64,000 nt of DNA, from the NCBI GenBank assembly GCA_027320085.1, contig DAHVLZ010000009.1, forward strand, positions 256,001 to 320,000, read 5' to 3'. The stretch comes from Pseudomonadota bacterium (GTDB lineage: Bacteria; Pseudomonadota; Gammaproteobacteria; JAKAQQ01). How positions within the stretch are numbered: the stretch's first letter is position 1; every line of letters begins with the position of its first letter. The translations under genes were made by a program, and so were the position numbers. The notes beneath the pieces are model-generated. The model saw nothing but the letters and a program-made list of their open reading frames with translations. It was not told the DNA's origin and searched no databases. This document shows positions 10,720-20,391 of the stretch, piece by piece.

Positions 10720-11535
10720 ATGAAAGCCACTTTTCGCCTCGTACTCCTTTTCACTGTGGGGACAGGCCTTGCTTTCGCCCACGATCCGTTTGTGGTGCTC
10801 CGGGCAAATCAGGGCCTGCCAGCCGGTATTCACGAGATCCGGCTCAAAAACCGTGTAGGAACGATATCGGTCCATGGCATCGCAGGGTCGTCTATCCATG
10901 TCAGGGCTTTCCTTAAACCTGGACACGGCAGGAAAATCGTTATCCTTGACCTTTTCACCTGGGGAGGGGGGAACGACTTTCACAAGCAAACCCTGGGTGG
11001 GTACATCCGCCTCTTACCGGAAGGGCGCGACCGTCTCCAGGTTGCGCTGATTCTGCCCCATGATCCACACCTCAAGGATCTCACTGTTGACTGGCGGCTT
11101 GGGATCCCACAGATGGAGGCGGTCTGGATCACCAACCATATTGGAAGACTAGTGGTTGCCCGCATGGGAGCAAAAGTACGGGCCGAGGGTAATATCGGAC
11201 TTATCTCAATTCGGGATTCGGCAGGCCCAATTATCGCACGCACCAATATCGGCAAGATCAAAATTTCCGGTGTAACCCACTCTCTTTTTGCAAAAACCAA
11301 CGTTGGTGCCGTGAAAGTCCAAGGGGCGATCACTTCCATCGGACCGGTCGACCTCACAAGTAACGTGGGGAGCGTGCATGTGCGTGGACTGCCCCACTTT
11401 CCCGCGCAATCAAGCGGATTGAATGGCCACCTCCTGTATCACGGTACGGGACGCCACCATATCCGGATCAAGGTCAACGTGGGTTCAATCCGGCTCGTCC
11501 TGATCTCTCCCCATCCCAAGCCAGCACACCGTTGA
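10720..11535 (+). CDS. Exported beta-strand repeat protein (DUF4097-like)
   Basis: Signal peptide; repeated N(I/V)GxI/V units; last gene of the YtrA-type operon. Confidence 0.7.
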   Translation: MKATFRLVLLFTVGTGLAFAHDPFVVLRANQGLPAGIHEIRLKNRVGTISVHGIAGSSIHVRAFLKPGHGRKIVILDLFTWGGGNDFHKQTLGGYIRLLPEGRDRLQVALILPHDPHLKDLTVDWRLGIPQMEAVWITNHIGRLVVARMGAKVRAEGNIGLISIRDSAGPIIARTNIGKIKISGVTHSLFAKTNVGAVKVQGAITSIGPVDLTSNVGSVHVRGLPHFPAQSSGLNGHLLYHGTGRHHIRIKVNVGSIRLVLISPHPKPAHR

Positions 11536-11540
11536 GACGA

Positions 11541-13589
11541 TCAAGCACCGATGTTCCGTGAAGATGAAGAAGAGGCCCCGGACTGACGGGTTGGAGGCCA
11601 AAGGCCCTCAAGTAGCCGGGCCGCTGCCCGGTCTAAATCCTCCGGGGTACCGTACAGGACAAGCAGGTCACCCTCGCGCAACTCGGTACCCGGGGAGGGT
11701 TGTTTCCCCACGATACCGTCGCGGCGGAGTGCAGTCACCACAACCCCAAGTTCGGTCAACGCCACGGTTTCCACGGTTTGTCCGACGGCAGCGGCTTCCG
11801 AGGTCAGGACAAGGTTGCGCAACTCTTCCCGGAAAGCATGAACTGGCGAGCGGACAGGTGCCTCACCACTCCTGAAAACCGAGCGCAGAAGGGCGTAACG
11901 ATCAGAACGGACCCTCTGGATCTGATGGAGAATCCGGCTCGCGGGCACCCCGAGGAGATGCAAGAGGTTGGCTGACAGCATGAGACTGGCCTCAAGCGTT
12001 TCGGGGATCACTTCTGTCGCCCCCATCTGCTGCAACTCCGCAAGGTGCGCATCATCACGGGTTCGAACCAAGATGGGTAGATCAACTCTCACGGGACGAA
12101 CCCGGGTCAAAATTTTTGAGCTGATCTCAAGATCCTGATAGGCCACGACCAGAGCACGCGCAGAGGCAAGCCCGACGGAAGTGAGCAGCGCCAGGTCTGT
12201 CGCATCCCCGTAGTAGACCGGATCGCCAGCAATGCGGGCTGCCCTCACCCTGCCCAAGTCGAGATCTAAAGCCACGTAGGCAATTCCGTTTTGTTCCAAG
12301 AACCGCGCAAGGTTCTGCCCGACCCGGCCATAGCCACAGATGATGACATGGTCACGGAAGCCGGCTGGGACATTCGCTCCAGACTCACTGGCAGATGGGA
12401 GCATAGTAGGCAAGAGATCGTGGCCTGTTGAACGCGGAACCACCCGGCGGTTGAAGCGAATCATGAGTGAACCGATGAGAAAGCTCACAATAAGGATGCC
12501 GAGGATAATTTGTCCGTCGGCCGGATGTGGCCAGTCTCCGGGCGACACAAAAGCGATCAATGCAAGCCCAAACTCTCCCATGGGCGACAAAACGAGCCCG
12601 GTTCTCAAAGCGGTCTCGCGGTCCCGTCCAAACACTCTGCATAGTCCGGTGGCCACTGCAAACTTGAAAAAGAGAATCACCGCGATTCCGATAAGAATCC
12701 AGATTCCATAAACGAGCAGCATGTGCGGGTTAAACAGCATGCCAACCGAAACAAAAAACAGGCCTAGCAGAACATCACGAAATGGCCTGATATCAGCCTC
12801 GACCTGATGACGGAATTCGGTTTCACCCAAGACCATCCCGGCGAGGAAAGCACCCGGAACAGCTGACAGGCCAATGGACTTGGTAATCATAGCTGACGCC
12901 AGCGCGACCAAGAGTACGGACAAGGTAAAAAGCTCACTGGCCTTGCGTTTAGTCACTTCACGAAACAGCCATTCGACCAACGGCCGGCCACCAACCAACA
13001 AAAGGCCCGCCACCAGGATGCCTCGAGCCAGTGTGATACCGAAGGTTTCCCAAGAACTCCCCATCCCATGATGGCTGAGCCAAGTAGGAGCCAAAATGAA
13101 AAGCGGGAGAGCCAAAAGGTCCTGAAAAATGGCCAAGGTCATCGTCAACCGCCCATGAGGTTGCCCAAGTTCCTGTTGGTCACCGAGCTGACGGGCAACG
13201 AGTGCTGTTGATGATGTGGCCAAGACAAAACCCAGGAATACTGAGAGTGGCCATGGCCAGCCAACGGCCAGGACAACCAAACTCCCGAGGCATGCCTCGA
13301 CGGCGATAATGGACAATGCCAGTGCCAGATTCTGTCGACGTGTCTCGTGGAACCGCGATGGAGAGAAATCGAGCCCCAGTGTGAAAAGAAGGAGGATAAT
13401 GCCCCATTTGGAAAGAACTTGAACATCCGCACTGTCAGCAAGCCAGGCCAAGCCGTGGGGGCCCAGGATGGTCCCCGCGAGCATATAAGCAGGTATAAGG
13501 GGCAGCGTCAGACGTCTGAGAACCGACGAGAGAATGACCGCCAAGGTAAGGAGTACCACCAAGCTCAACAGCATGGGATCAAAGGTCAT
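11541..13589 (-). CDS. CPA2 family K+/H+ antiporter (Kef-type) with TrkA-N and TrkA-C domains
   Basis: LLFTLGL, FQDL, GAFLAGMVL.ETEFRHQVEADIRPFRDVLLGLFF; HVIICGYGRVG; C-terminal GD.LVL.G. Confidence 0.92.
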   Translation of the reverse strand: MTFDPMLLSLVVLLTLAVILSSVLRRLTLPLIPAYMLAGTILGPHGLAWLADSADVQVLSKWGIILLLFTLGLDFSPSRFHETRRQNLALALSIIAVEACLGSLVVLAVGWPWPLSVFLGFVLATSSTALVARQLGDQQELGQPHGRLTMTLAIFQDLLALPLFILAPTWLSHHGMGSSWETFGITLARGILVAGLLLVGGRPLVEWLFREVTKRKASELFTLSVLLVALASAMITKSIGLSAVPGAFLAGMVLGETEFRHQVEADIRPFRDVLLGLFFVSVGMLFNPHMLLVYGIWILIGIAVILFFKFAVATGLCRVFGRDRETALRTGLVLSPMGEFGLALIAFVSPGDWPHPADGQIILGILIVSFLIGSLMIRFNRRVVPRSTGHDLLPTMLPSASESGANVPAGFRDHVIICGYGRVGQNLARFLEQNGIAYVALDLDLGRVRAARIAGDPVYYGDATDLALLTSVGLASARALVVAYQDLEISSKILTRVRPVRVDLPILVRTRDDAHLAELQQMGATEVIPETLEASLMLSANLLHLLGVPASRILHQIQRVRSDRYALLRSVFRSGEAPVRSPVHAFREELRNLVLTSEAAAVGQTVETVALTELGVVVTALRRDGIVGKQPSPGTELREGDLLVLYGTPEDLDRAAARLLEGLWPPTRQSGASSSSSRNIGA

Positions 13590-13764
13590 GGCATACTCCG
13601 TACCCTGACTGACGCTTTAATGGGCCAATGGTCTAGCTATCCTACCCCACTGCGGGAGACCGAATGAGAGACCGCTACGGGCTATAATGCTTATGGAGCC
13701 CCTCACTCTAAATTTTTTTACGGGTTCCATCATTCCTTATTTCATAATGATTTAGACCCAAAAA

Positions 13765-15732
13765 TTGGACAGACTAGAGCCGAGTCCTGAATCGGGCTCC
13801 CAACTGAACGATGACTATCGAGGGGAACGGTCTCGCTACCTCTTCCCATTGATGGCCGTGGGTGCTTTGGGCGTCGTTTATGGCGACATCGGAACTAGTC
13901 CTCTTTACACCCTTCAAGCCTGCTTTTCAGCACCCAACTCGTTCAGTATTTCCCCAGCGAACATCATTGGCGTCCTATCCCTCGTTCTCTGGACACTTAC
14001 GGTCACGGTCACACTTAAATACGTGGCTTTTGTCCTCAGGGCAGATAATCGGGGGGAGGGAGGAATCCTCGCACTCCTTGCGCTTTTGAGTCCCGCACCT
14101 CCGGGCACCAGTCATGGAAAAAGAAGATCCCAGAAACTGCTGCTTGCCCTAGGTCTTTTCGGGGCTACCCTTCTCTACGGCGACGGCATGATTACACCGG
14201 CTATCTCGGTCCTGAGTGCAATCCAAGGACTCGACGTCATAACGCCCACTCTCGACCGCTATATTATCCCGGTGACCGTCATTGTTCTTGTTGCACTTTT
14301 TAGCATTCAGAGACGGGGTACGGGCAAGATCAGCCAATGGTTCGGGCCGGTGATGCTCCTCTGGTTCCTTTTGCTCGCGATCACAGGCCTCGGCGAAATT
14401 CTAAACCACCCCTTGATTCTTCTGTCGCTCAACCCGCTGGCTGGTGTCGGTTTTCTTAGCCGACATCGCCTTGCCGGATTTCTGGTTCTAGGTGCTGTCA
14501 TCCTTGCGGTCACCGGCGCAGAAGCCCTGTACGCAGATCTCGGCCATTTCGGCCGTCCTCCGATCCGCCTAGCCTGGCTAGCTGTGGTATTCCCCTCCCT
14601 CCTGTGTAACTATCTAGGGCAGGGGGCACTTCTCCTGCATGACCCTGGCGCCATCAGTGCACCACTTTATCATTTGGTTCCTCAGTGGGCTCTCATTCCC
14701 ACCGTCATCTTGGCAACTGCGGCCACAATCATCGCCTCACAAGCAATCATCTCGGGTAGTTTTTCCCTGATGGGACAGTCAATTCGTCTCAACCAAACGC
14801 CACGCATGCGAATTGTCCAGACGTCACGGGATGAGAAAGGTCGAATTTACATCCCCACGCTGAACTGGCTTCTCATGATCGGAACGATTGGCCTCGTCTT
14901 AGCTTTTCGGACAGCCAATAATCTGGCCGGGGCCTATGGAGTTGCAATCAGCACCCTTATGTGGATCACGACGATCTTTCTTATGCTTCTGGCGCACCGT
15001 CGATGGGCTTGGTCAATCCCCAAAACGATACTCATCCTGGGCGGATTTTTGGTCATAGACAGTGTCTTCTGGATGAGCACACTCACAAAGATTCCGGATG
15101 GTGGCTGGTTCCCACTGCTCATTTCACTTCTCCTCTTCGGCATGATGGAAGTGTGGGCCACAGGGCGACAAGAACTGATCCGTCGCCTGCAGGCACACAC
15201 TGAACCTTTGCTTGCATTTCTCGCCCATCTCGTTGAGGAGCCACCGATCCGTGTCCCGGGAACCGCAGTGTACTTTACAGCACCTAATCTTGGGGTCCCC
15301 CCAACCTTGTCGCACCAACTGATCCATCTTAAAACGCTACACGAACACGTTATCCTGCTCACAATCGTTACTCATGAAGTGCCCTTTGTTCATGCAGGAA
15401 ATCGGCTCGACATAGAGTCACTGGGCGAAGGCTTCTACCGGGTACTTGTACACTTCGGATTCATGCAGCCACAGAACATTCCTGTCGCGCTATCACTTGG
15501 GGCCGAACAATTCGGACTGCCGTTTCAACCCGAAACGGCCAGTTACTTTATCGGCCGTGAAAGTCTTGTCATACCGGATCAGATCTCATTGGCCGGTCGC
15601 TTTTTCAACCGGATTTTCGCCTTCTTATCCCGAAACGCGTCACGAGCCACTGATTTTTACGAGATCCCCGCCGATCGGGTCGTCGAACTGGGTCTTCGGA
15701 TCTCCTTGAACGGTGGTCACGGCCAGCCGTAA
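13765..15732 (+). CDS. kup: KUP/HAK/KT potassium transporter
   Basis: ALGVVYGDIGTSPLY, ADNRGEGG, YGDGMITPAISVLSA, EALYADLGHFG; start codon uncertain. Confidence 0.96.
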   Translation: MDRLEPSPESGSQLNDDYRGERSRYLFPLMAVGALGVVYGDIGTSPLYTLQACFSAPNSFSISPANIIGVLSLVLWTLTVTVTLKYVAFVLRADNRGEGGILALLALLSPAPPGTSHGKRRSQKLLLALGLFGATLLYGDGMITPAISVLSAIQGLDVITPTLDRYIIPVTVIVLVALFSIQRRGTGKISQWFGPVMLLWFLLLAITGLGEILNHPLILLSLNPLAGVGFLSRHRLAGFLVLGAVILAVTGAEALYADLGHFGRPPIRLAWLAVVFPSLLCNYLGQGALLLHDPGAISAPLYHLVPQWALIPTVILATAATIIASQAIISGSFSLMGQSIRLNQTPRMRIVQTSRDEKGRIYIPTLNWLLMIGTIGLVLAFRTANNLAGAYGVAISTLMWITTIFLMLLAHRRWAWSIPKTILILGGFLVIDSVFWMSTLTKIPDGGWFPLLISLLLFGMMEVWATGRQELIRRLQAHTEPLLAFLAHLVEEPPIRVPGTAVYFTAPNLGVPPTLSHQLIHLKTLHEHVILLTIVTHEVPFVHAGNRLDIESLGEGFYRVLVHFGFMQPQNIPVALSLGAEQFGLPFQPETASYFIGRESLVIPDQISLAGRFFNRIFAFLSRNASRATDFYEIPADRVVELGLRISLNGGHGQP

Positions 15733-15760
15733 CGGAGAAGAAGCATCGAGGATTTTGCGC

Positions 15761-16747
15761 ATGCTTTACCGCCGTCTGGGTCGTTCCGGCCTCAAGTTAA
15801 GTGCTCTATCGTTTGGCTCCTGGGTAACCTTTGGTCCGCAAGTTGATCAGGCCGGGACCATTGACCTCATGGCCTGCGCTCTCGACCATGGAATCAACTT
15901 CTTCGACAATGCCGAAGCCTACGCGCATGGAGCATCTGAACGCCTCATGGGACAAGCCTTCCGCACCCTGGGTTGGAGCCGTGACCAATTCTGCGTATCC
16001 AGCAAAGCTTTCTTCGGCTCTGTCCAGAATCCTGCGCCCACCCAATGTGGCCTGAGCCGCAAACATCTGGTCGAAGCCTGTCATCAGGCGCTGAAGAGAC
16101 TTGGCCTGGATTACCTTGACCTATTTTTTTGCCACCGGCCAGACCCAGAGACACCGATCGAAGAAATCGTGGTCACCATGGCAACCTTGATCCAGCAAGG
16201 GAAAATCCTCTACTGGGGAACTTCAGAGTGGCCTGCTACTTGGATTGAAAGCGCTATCCAAAAGGCCCATGAACTGAACTTGCCGGCCCCGCTCATGGAG
16301 CAGCCACAATACAATCTGTTCGTTCGGAAACGGGTTGAAGTCGAATACGAGTCCCTATGCCAGACCGAGGGGCTCGGACTCACCACGTGGTCACCCCTTG
16401 CATCTGGAATTCTCACCGGAAAATATATGGATGGCTCCCAGATCCCGCCCGGCAGTCGCTTCAGTCTCCCCGATTACGAGTGGTTACGGGAGCGATTCCA
16501 AGGAAAAGACGGACAACGACAACTCAAGGCTGCCTGCGGTCTCGTTGAGCTCAGTCACGAGAATGGCACGACTCCCGCTACCTTGGCCATCGCCTGGTGC
16601 CTGTCGAACCCATGTGTGACCACCGTCATCCTGGGCGCTTCTCGCAGGGAACAGCTACTCGATAACCTGAGAGCAATTGAGTACTTACCGAAAATCCAAG
16701 GTTCACTCAAAAACCGCTTGGAATCTCTCTACTCTGATCCCGCGTGA
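15761..16747 (+). CDS. Aldo/keto reductase, Kv-beta-like
   Basis: MLYRRLGRSGLK.S..SFGSWVTFG, FDNAEAY, GLSRKH, FFCHRPD, YWGTSEW, EQPQYNL, WSPLASGILTGKY. Confidence 0.9.
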   Translation: MLYRRLGRSGLKLSALSFGSWVTFGPQVDQAGTIDLMACALDHGINFFDNAEAYAHGASERLMGQAFRTLGWSRDQFCVSSKAFFGSVQNPAPTQCGLSRKHLVEACHQALKRLGLDYLDLFFCHRPDPETPIEEIVVTMATLIQQGKILYWGTSEWPATWIESAIQKAHELNLPAPLMEQPQYNLFVRKRVEVEYESLCQTEGLGLTTWSPLASGILTGKYMDGSQIPPGSRFSLPDYEWLRERFQGKDGQRQLKAACGLVELSHENGTTPATLAIAWCLSNPCVTTVILGASRREQLLDNLRAIEYLPKIQGSLKNRLESLYSDPA

Positions 16748-16861
16748 TATCCTGTTCCGGAGGGTCTGGAGTCAGCCTCCACCCAGCAACCCGATCATCA
16801 TCTAGCTCTTGTGTCAGAAGGGTCCGATGACGAGGGCCAATAGCTAGGGGGCTTTCTGTCT

Positions 16862-18481
16862 TCAGGGACCTTCGACGGTCTCAATCCCCCGGGTTCCCAG
16901 ATTCTTGATGCGTTCGGAACATTGCTGGGCTGCTTCAGGCGACTGTCCACTCATAAGAGCCAGAACCAGAATGACGAGACTGAACCCGGCGAGTATCCAC
17001 ATGCCAGTGAAAAACCCGTAGTCTCCAAGCCCATCCATGGGTTTGGATGTGGGGCCCAGAAGACTGATGATCCAGAGTCCCGCGAAGTATGGAATAAGCC
17101 ACCAAGCCTGCTGCCACCCCAGGTCTGCCGCTCGCCCGCGATGAATCACGAAGTACCAGAACAGGTAAACCAGCCCGTAGATCGCCACCAGTCCGAGAAG
17201 CCACTTGACCACGTCATAGCCAGTCCAGTAGATGATCCAGTTGGCCGCAATAAATGCGATCACCGAGATTATCCCCGCCAGACGCAACCGAAAGGGTCGC
17301 TTCGCATCCGGCATCGCCCGACGAAGATGAAGCAGGATGACTGGGCCGATGCTGTAAGACAGGACGGTGATCAGCGAGACGGCCGAAACCAGTTTCTGCC
17401 ATGATGGAAAGGGGAAAAAGAAAAAGACGCCAACAATGTAAGTCAGAATCAGGCCGATCCAAGGTACACCAAAACGATTGAGCTGGGTGACGCTCCGTGG
17501 CGCATTGCCCATCTCTCCCGCGGCCATGATGATCCGCGGACTCCCTGTGACGTAGATAAAAGCCGTACCAAGCGGGGAAACGATCGCATCCACATAGAGA
17601 AGCACAGCCCACCAGAATGCACCGACGGCAATGGCGATCGCTGCTAACGGGCTGAACATCCCGGTGAAACGCAAATGGGCCCAACCGTGGGCAATGTCAG
17701 CCGGACGCAGCGCAAAGATAAATGCAAACTGCAGGAGAACGTATATCAAAAGGGCGATCACAACCGAACCTATAAGTGCAATGGGTATATAGCGGCTTGG
17801 ATTCCGAGTTTCCCCCGCCAACGCAATCGCCTGCTGAAATCCCAGATAACTGAAAATGATACCTGCTGTTGCAACAGCGGTAAAAATCCCACTTACTGGG
17901 GTGCTGGAGAGATGTGCCGTTATGTTGCCCGGATGAAAGGAATAAGCCATCAGGATCACAATCGTTGCCACCGGAACAACCACTTTCCACCAAGTGGCCG
18001 CACTGTTAATCGCGATGACCCAACGAACGGCCAGGAAATTGAGTGCCACGACAAATGCCAGCAAGATGGCAGCGGCGACAAAACCCAACCCGGTCAACAA
18101 GCCGTTGTTGGCATGGATCAATCCAGGGATGTAATCGTTGGCGTAGGTGAGAACCGCGCTGACCTCCACCGGAGGCACAGATACAAACGCCAAAAACAAA
18201 ATCCAGCTCCAGATCTTGCCGACGAAATCACCATGACTGACGTGCGTCATATGGACAAGGGCTCCCGAGTTCGGGAACATCGTCGATAACTCGGCAAACA
18301 CGAAAGCGAGGAAGAGGACCGTTGCAGCACCAACCACCCAAGAAATCACACTGAATGGACCAGCCTGTAGAGACGCATGGAGCGCCCCAAACAACCAACC
18401 GGATCCGATGATGCTGCCCAAGCTGGCGTACAACAAACCGACCACACCGGCATCCCGTTTAAGCTTTGTGGGTCCTGCCAT
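16862..18481 (-). CDS. APC family amino acid permease (aspartate:H+ symporter-like)
   Basis: SLGSIIGSGWLFG, GIIFSYLGF, LY.DAIVSP.GT; about 14 TMs; GGAGG RBS. Confidence 0.88.
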   Translation of the reverse strand: MAGPTKLKRDAGVVGLLYASLGSIIGSGWLFGALHASLQAGPFSVISWVVGAATVLFLAFVFAELSTMFPNSGALVHMTHVSHGDFVGKIWSWILFLAFVSVPPVEVSAVLTYANDYIPGLIHANNGLLTGLGFVAAAILLAFVVALNFLAVRWVIAINSAATWWKVVVPVATIVILMAYSFHPGNITAHLSSTPVSGIFTAVATAGIIFSYLGFQQAIALAGETRNPSRYIPIALIGSVVIALLIYVLLQFAFIFALRPADIAHGWAHLRFTGMFSPLAAIAIAVGAFWWAVLLYVDAIVSPLGTAFIYVTGSPRIIMAAGEMGNAPRSVTQLNRFGVPWIGLILTYIVGVFFFFPFPSWQKLVSAVSLITVLSYSIGPVILLHLRRAMPDAKRPFRLRLAGIISVIAFIAANWIIYWTGYDVVKWLLGLVAIYGLVYLFWYFVIHRGRAADLGWQQAWWLIPYFAGLWIISLLGPTSKPMDGLGDYGFFTGMWILAGFSLVILVLALMSGQSPEAAQQCSERIKNLGTRGIETVEGP

Positions 18482-18692
18482 AAATACCTCCGGAGTTATA
18501 TTTCTGACTCGTGAGCCCGTTACTTACTCAAGCTCCGGGCCGTTCTCACTGACTTGGTAACTGCACAACCAGCAAGCTTTCTGGGCTGGCGTCAACCCAG
18601 CCGGCCATGATCCCCAAAACTTCCTGGAGAACAAGGGCCCGCTGATCCTAGCCGAAAGCTAGGGGTTACAGCAAGTCGCCCCCCCATTCGGC

Positions 18693-19298
18693 CTAGCGGA
18701 CCCGGGTTACGAAAACCTGCTCGCCGTATCCTCGCACTTCAAGAACATAGCCAACTATCAATTTTTTGATCTTGACTCTGGGATCAATGAGTTTGGGGAT
18801 TCGGAAATATCCCGTACCGGACTGGACCCATGTCTGTCCATTCATGAGATGGAATCTAGTATTCCCAGTCCATCCCTGGAATACCCCGTCAATCCGGCTC
18901 TCGATTTCATTGGGGAGATGACGATATCGTCTTGGAGGTAATCCGAAGTGAGCCACCCGGCCCTGATGGGCCCTGAGTCGAGACGAAGGAGCGTGGCGTG
19001 GTGGTACGATCGGGACGGCTGCCCTCGCAGAAACGACCGCCCTACTCATCGCGTGTAGGTGTGCTGCCAACCACCGTTCCAGAGCCTGCCGTTGTTCGGT
19101 ACTCAAGCGGTCAATCCCCGCTCGGTCGTAGGCATCCACCGTCATGAGTTTTCTCAGACGTATCCTGGGTGTTGTCGGGGAATGCTTGTGTGCTGCCCAC
19201 GCTGATGCTCCAACTAGGCCGGTTGCACAACAGATAACCAAGGTAATGAATATCTTGCCTCTGGGGAGAGAGCGCCATTCCGAGGGCTTGGCATACAT
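18693..19298 (-). CDS. Hypothetical secreted protein
   Basis: Signal peptide (ASA-WAA); helical AG+D.L+.EQ.QAL..WL segment, linker, beta domain IESRIDG.F.GW.G.T.F.L.NGQ.W.Q. Confidence 0.7.
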   Translation of the reverse strand: MYAKPSEWRSLPRGKIFITLVICCATGLVGASAWAAHKHSPTTPRIRLRKLMTVDAYDRAGIDRLSTEQRQALERWLAAHLHAMSRAVVSARAAVPIVPPRHAPSSRLRAHQGRVAHFGLPPRRYRHLPNEIESRIDGVFQGWTGNTRFHLMNGQTWVQSGTGYFRIPKLIDPRVKIKKLIVGYVLEVRGYGEQVFVTRVR

Positions 19299-19316
19299 GG
19301 TGTGAGCCGCTCTGCT

Positions 19317-19751
19317 TTAGTGGTGGCCGCGCAATGCCCGGGCAGCCTGCAACAGGCTCTCACGAGCTGCAATGGCGAGATGGTGCGCCTGAACGAGGCT
19401 CATGGCCCGTTCTCCCGCGAGCGCATTACGCAGGGCTTGGTGGAGAGCACTGCGCACGGACGGGGCGGACATCCGGCTATCCGGAATAGCACCTTTTCCA
19501 AGTCCGTGGCAAGGATTCCCGGCCCTTGGATCGAACTGTCGTCCGTTTGGTCCGACCAGGCAGTTGATCACATGGTGGAGGTGAAGATGGGTCTGCGCCA
19601 AAGCGTGCATTTCGACCGCGAGACCAGCATGGATGGCTGCGACCCGGATCTCTGCACGGAGGTTGGTAGACGCCCGGGCTACGGGGGTCAAAAGAGGAGA
19701 AAACCCGATGAGGACACTCAAAAGAAACGACAGACACAACCGTTTGCTCAT
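19317..19751 (-). CDS. Secreted His-rich helical hypothetical protein
   Basis: GGAGG RBS; signal peptide (ARA); HAGLA..HLHLHHVINCLVGP.G..FD...GNPC...G.GAIPD. Confidence 0.75.
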   Translation of the reverse strand: MSKRLCLSFLLSVLIGFSPLLTPVARASTNLRAEIRVAAIHAGLAVEMHALAQTHLHLHHVINCLVGPNGRQFDPRAGNPCHGLGKGAIPDSRMSAPSVRSALHQALRNALAGERAMSLVQAHHLAIAARESLLQAARALRGHH

Positions 19752-19835
19752 TAAGCATGGCCCTCCGATTATTCAGGACTGACGTCCTGATATCTCAGGA
19801 TAACACACGAAGAATGCTCCCACCCCCGTTGGAAC

Positions 19836-20336
19836 CTAGGGTGACCGGTGCCCATGACTACGCAGAACCCCCATCCTGATCAGCACAAGATCCACTCGAC
19901 CCATGCCGTGTCTTGCCAAAAAGCTGATGAGAGTCCTTTTTTCCCGCTGGCAAGCAGGATCCCATGAGGCCCAGGTCTCGATAAAAACCCATTCGGGAGC
20001 CCGGGAATTCTTGTCGAGGGCGTGAAGCTGGTGAGGGAGGATCCAGTGCGTAAGTGGAGGCCCGGCGATCGGTCGAGGATCAGCCCAGACCCGGCTTAAG
20101 GCACCAACCAGATCCTTGTGGTCGCCTTCGAAACGGAACACCAGCTGTCGCTTCGCGTTGTAAACCCAGAGACTCGGGAAAACTAGCCCACCCTTCCCCA
20201 TCAGATCCCTCAGGCGCTCTCCTCCGATTTGGATCTTCAATATCTGTGGTAGCGGACCCGCCAAGACAGGCGCCACCCCAATCAAGCCGACCATCAAAAC
20301 TACATTCCGAAAACAACATGAACGATGGCTTGTCAT
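19836..20336 (-). CDS. Exported thioredoxin-like protein (WASWDPAC), apparently circularly permuted
   Basis: Hydrophobic leader ending VLA; FIETWASWDPAC; cis-Pro-like FPSLWVY..LVFRFEG segment N-terminal to it; start uncertain. Confidence 0.65.
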   Translation of the reverse strand: MTSHRSCCFRNVVLMVGLIGVAPVLAGPLPQILKIQIGGERLRDLMGKGGLVFPSLWVYNAKRQLVFRFEGDHKDLVGALSRVWADPRPIAGPPLTHWILPHQLHALDKNSRAPEWVFIETWASWDPACQREKRTLISFLARHGMGRVDLVLIRMGVLRSHGHRSP

Positions 20337-20391
20337 AATCCGGCAACACATCAGCCCGGAAAAGGGCCGGCACCACAGGGCCGTTTCCTGC

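Noticed and set aside
19959-19961. Possible selenocysteine in the thioredoxin-like active site
   Set aside because: The codon is GAT (Asp), not TGA.
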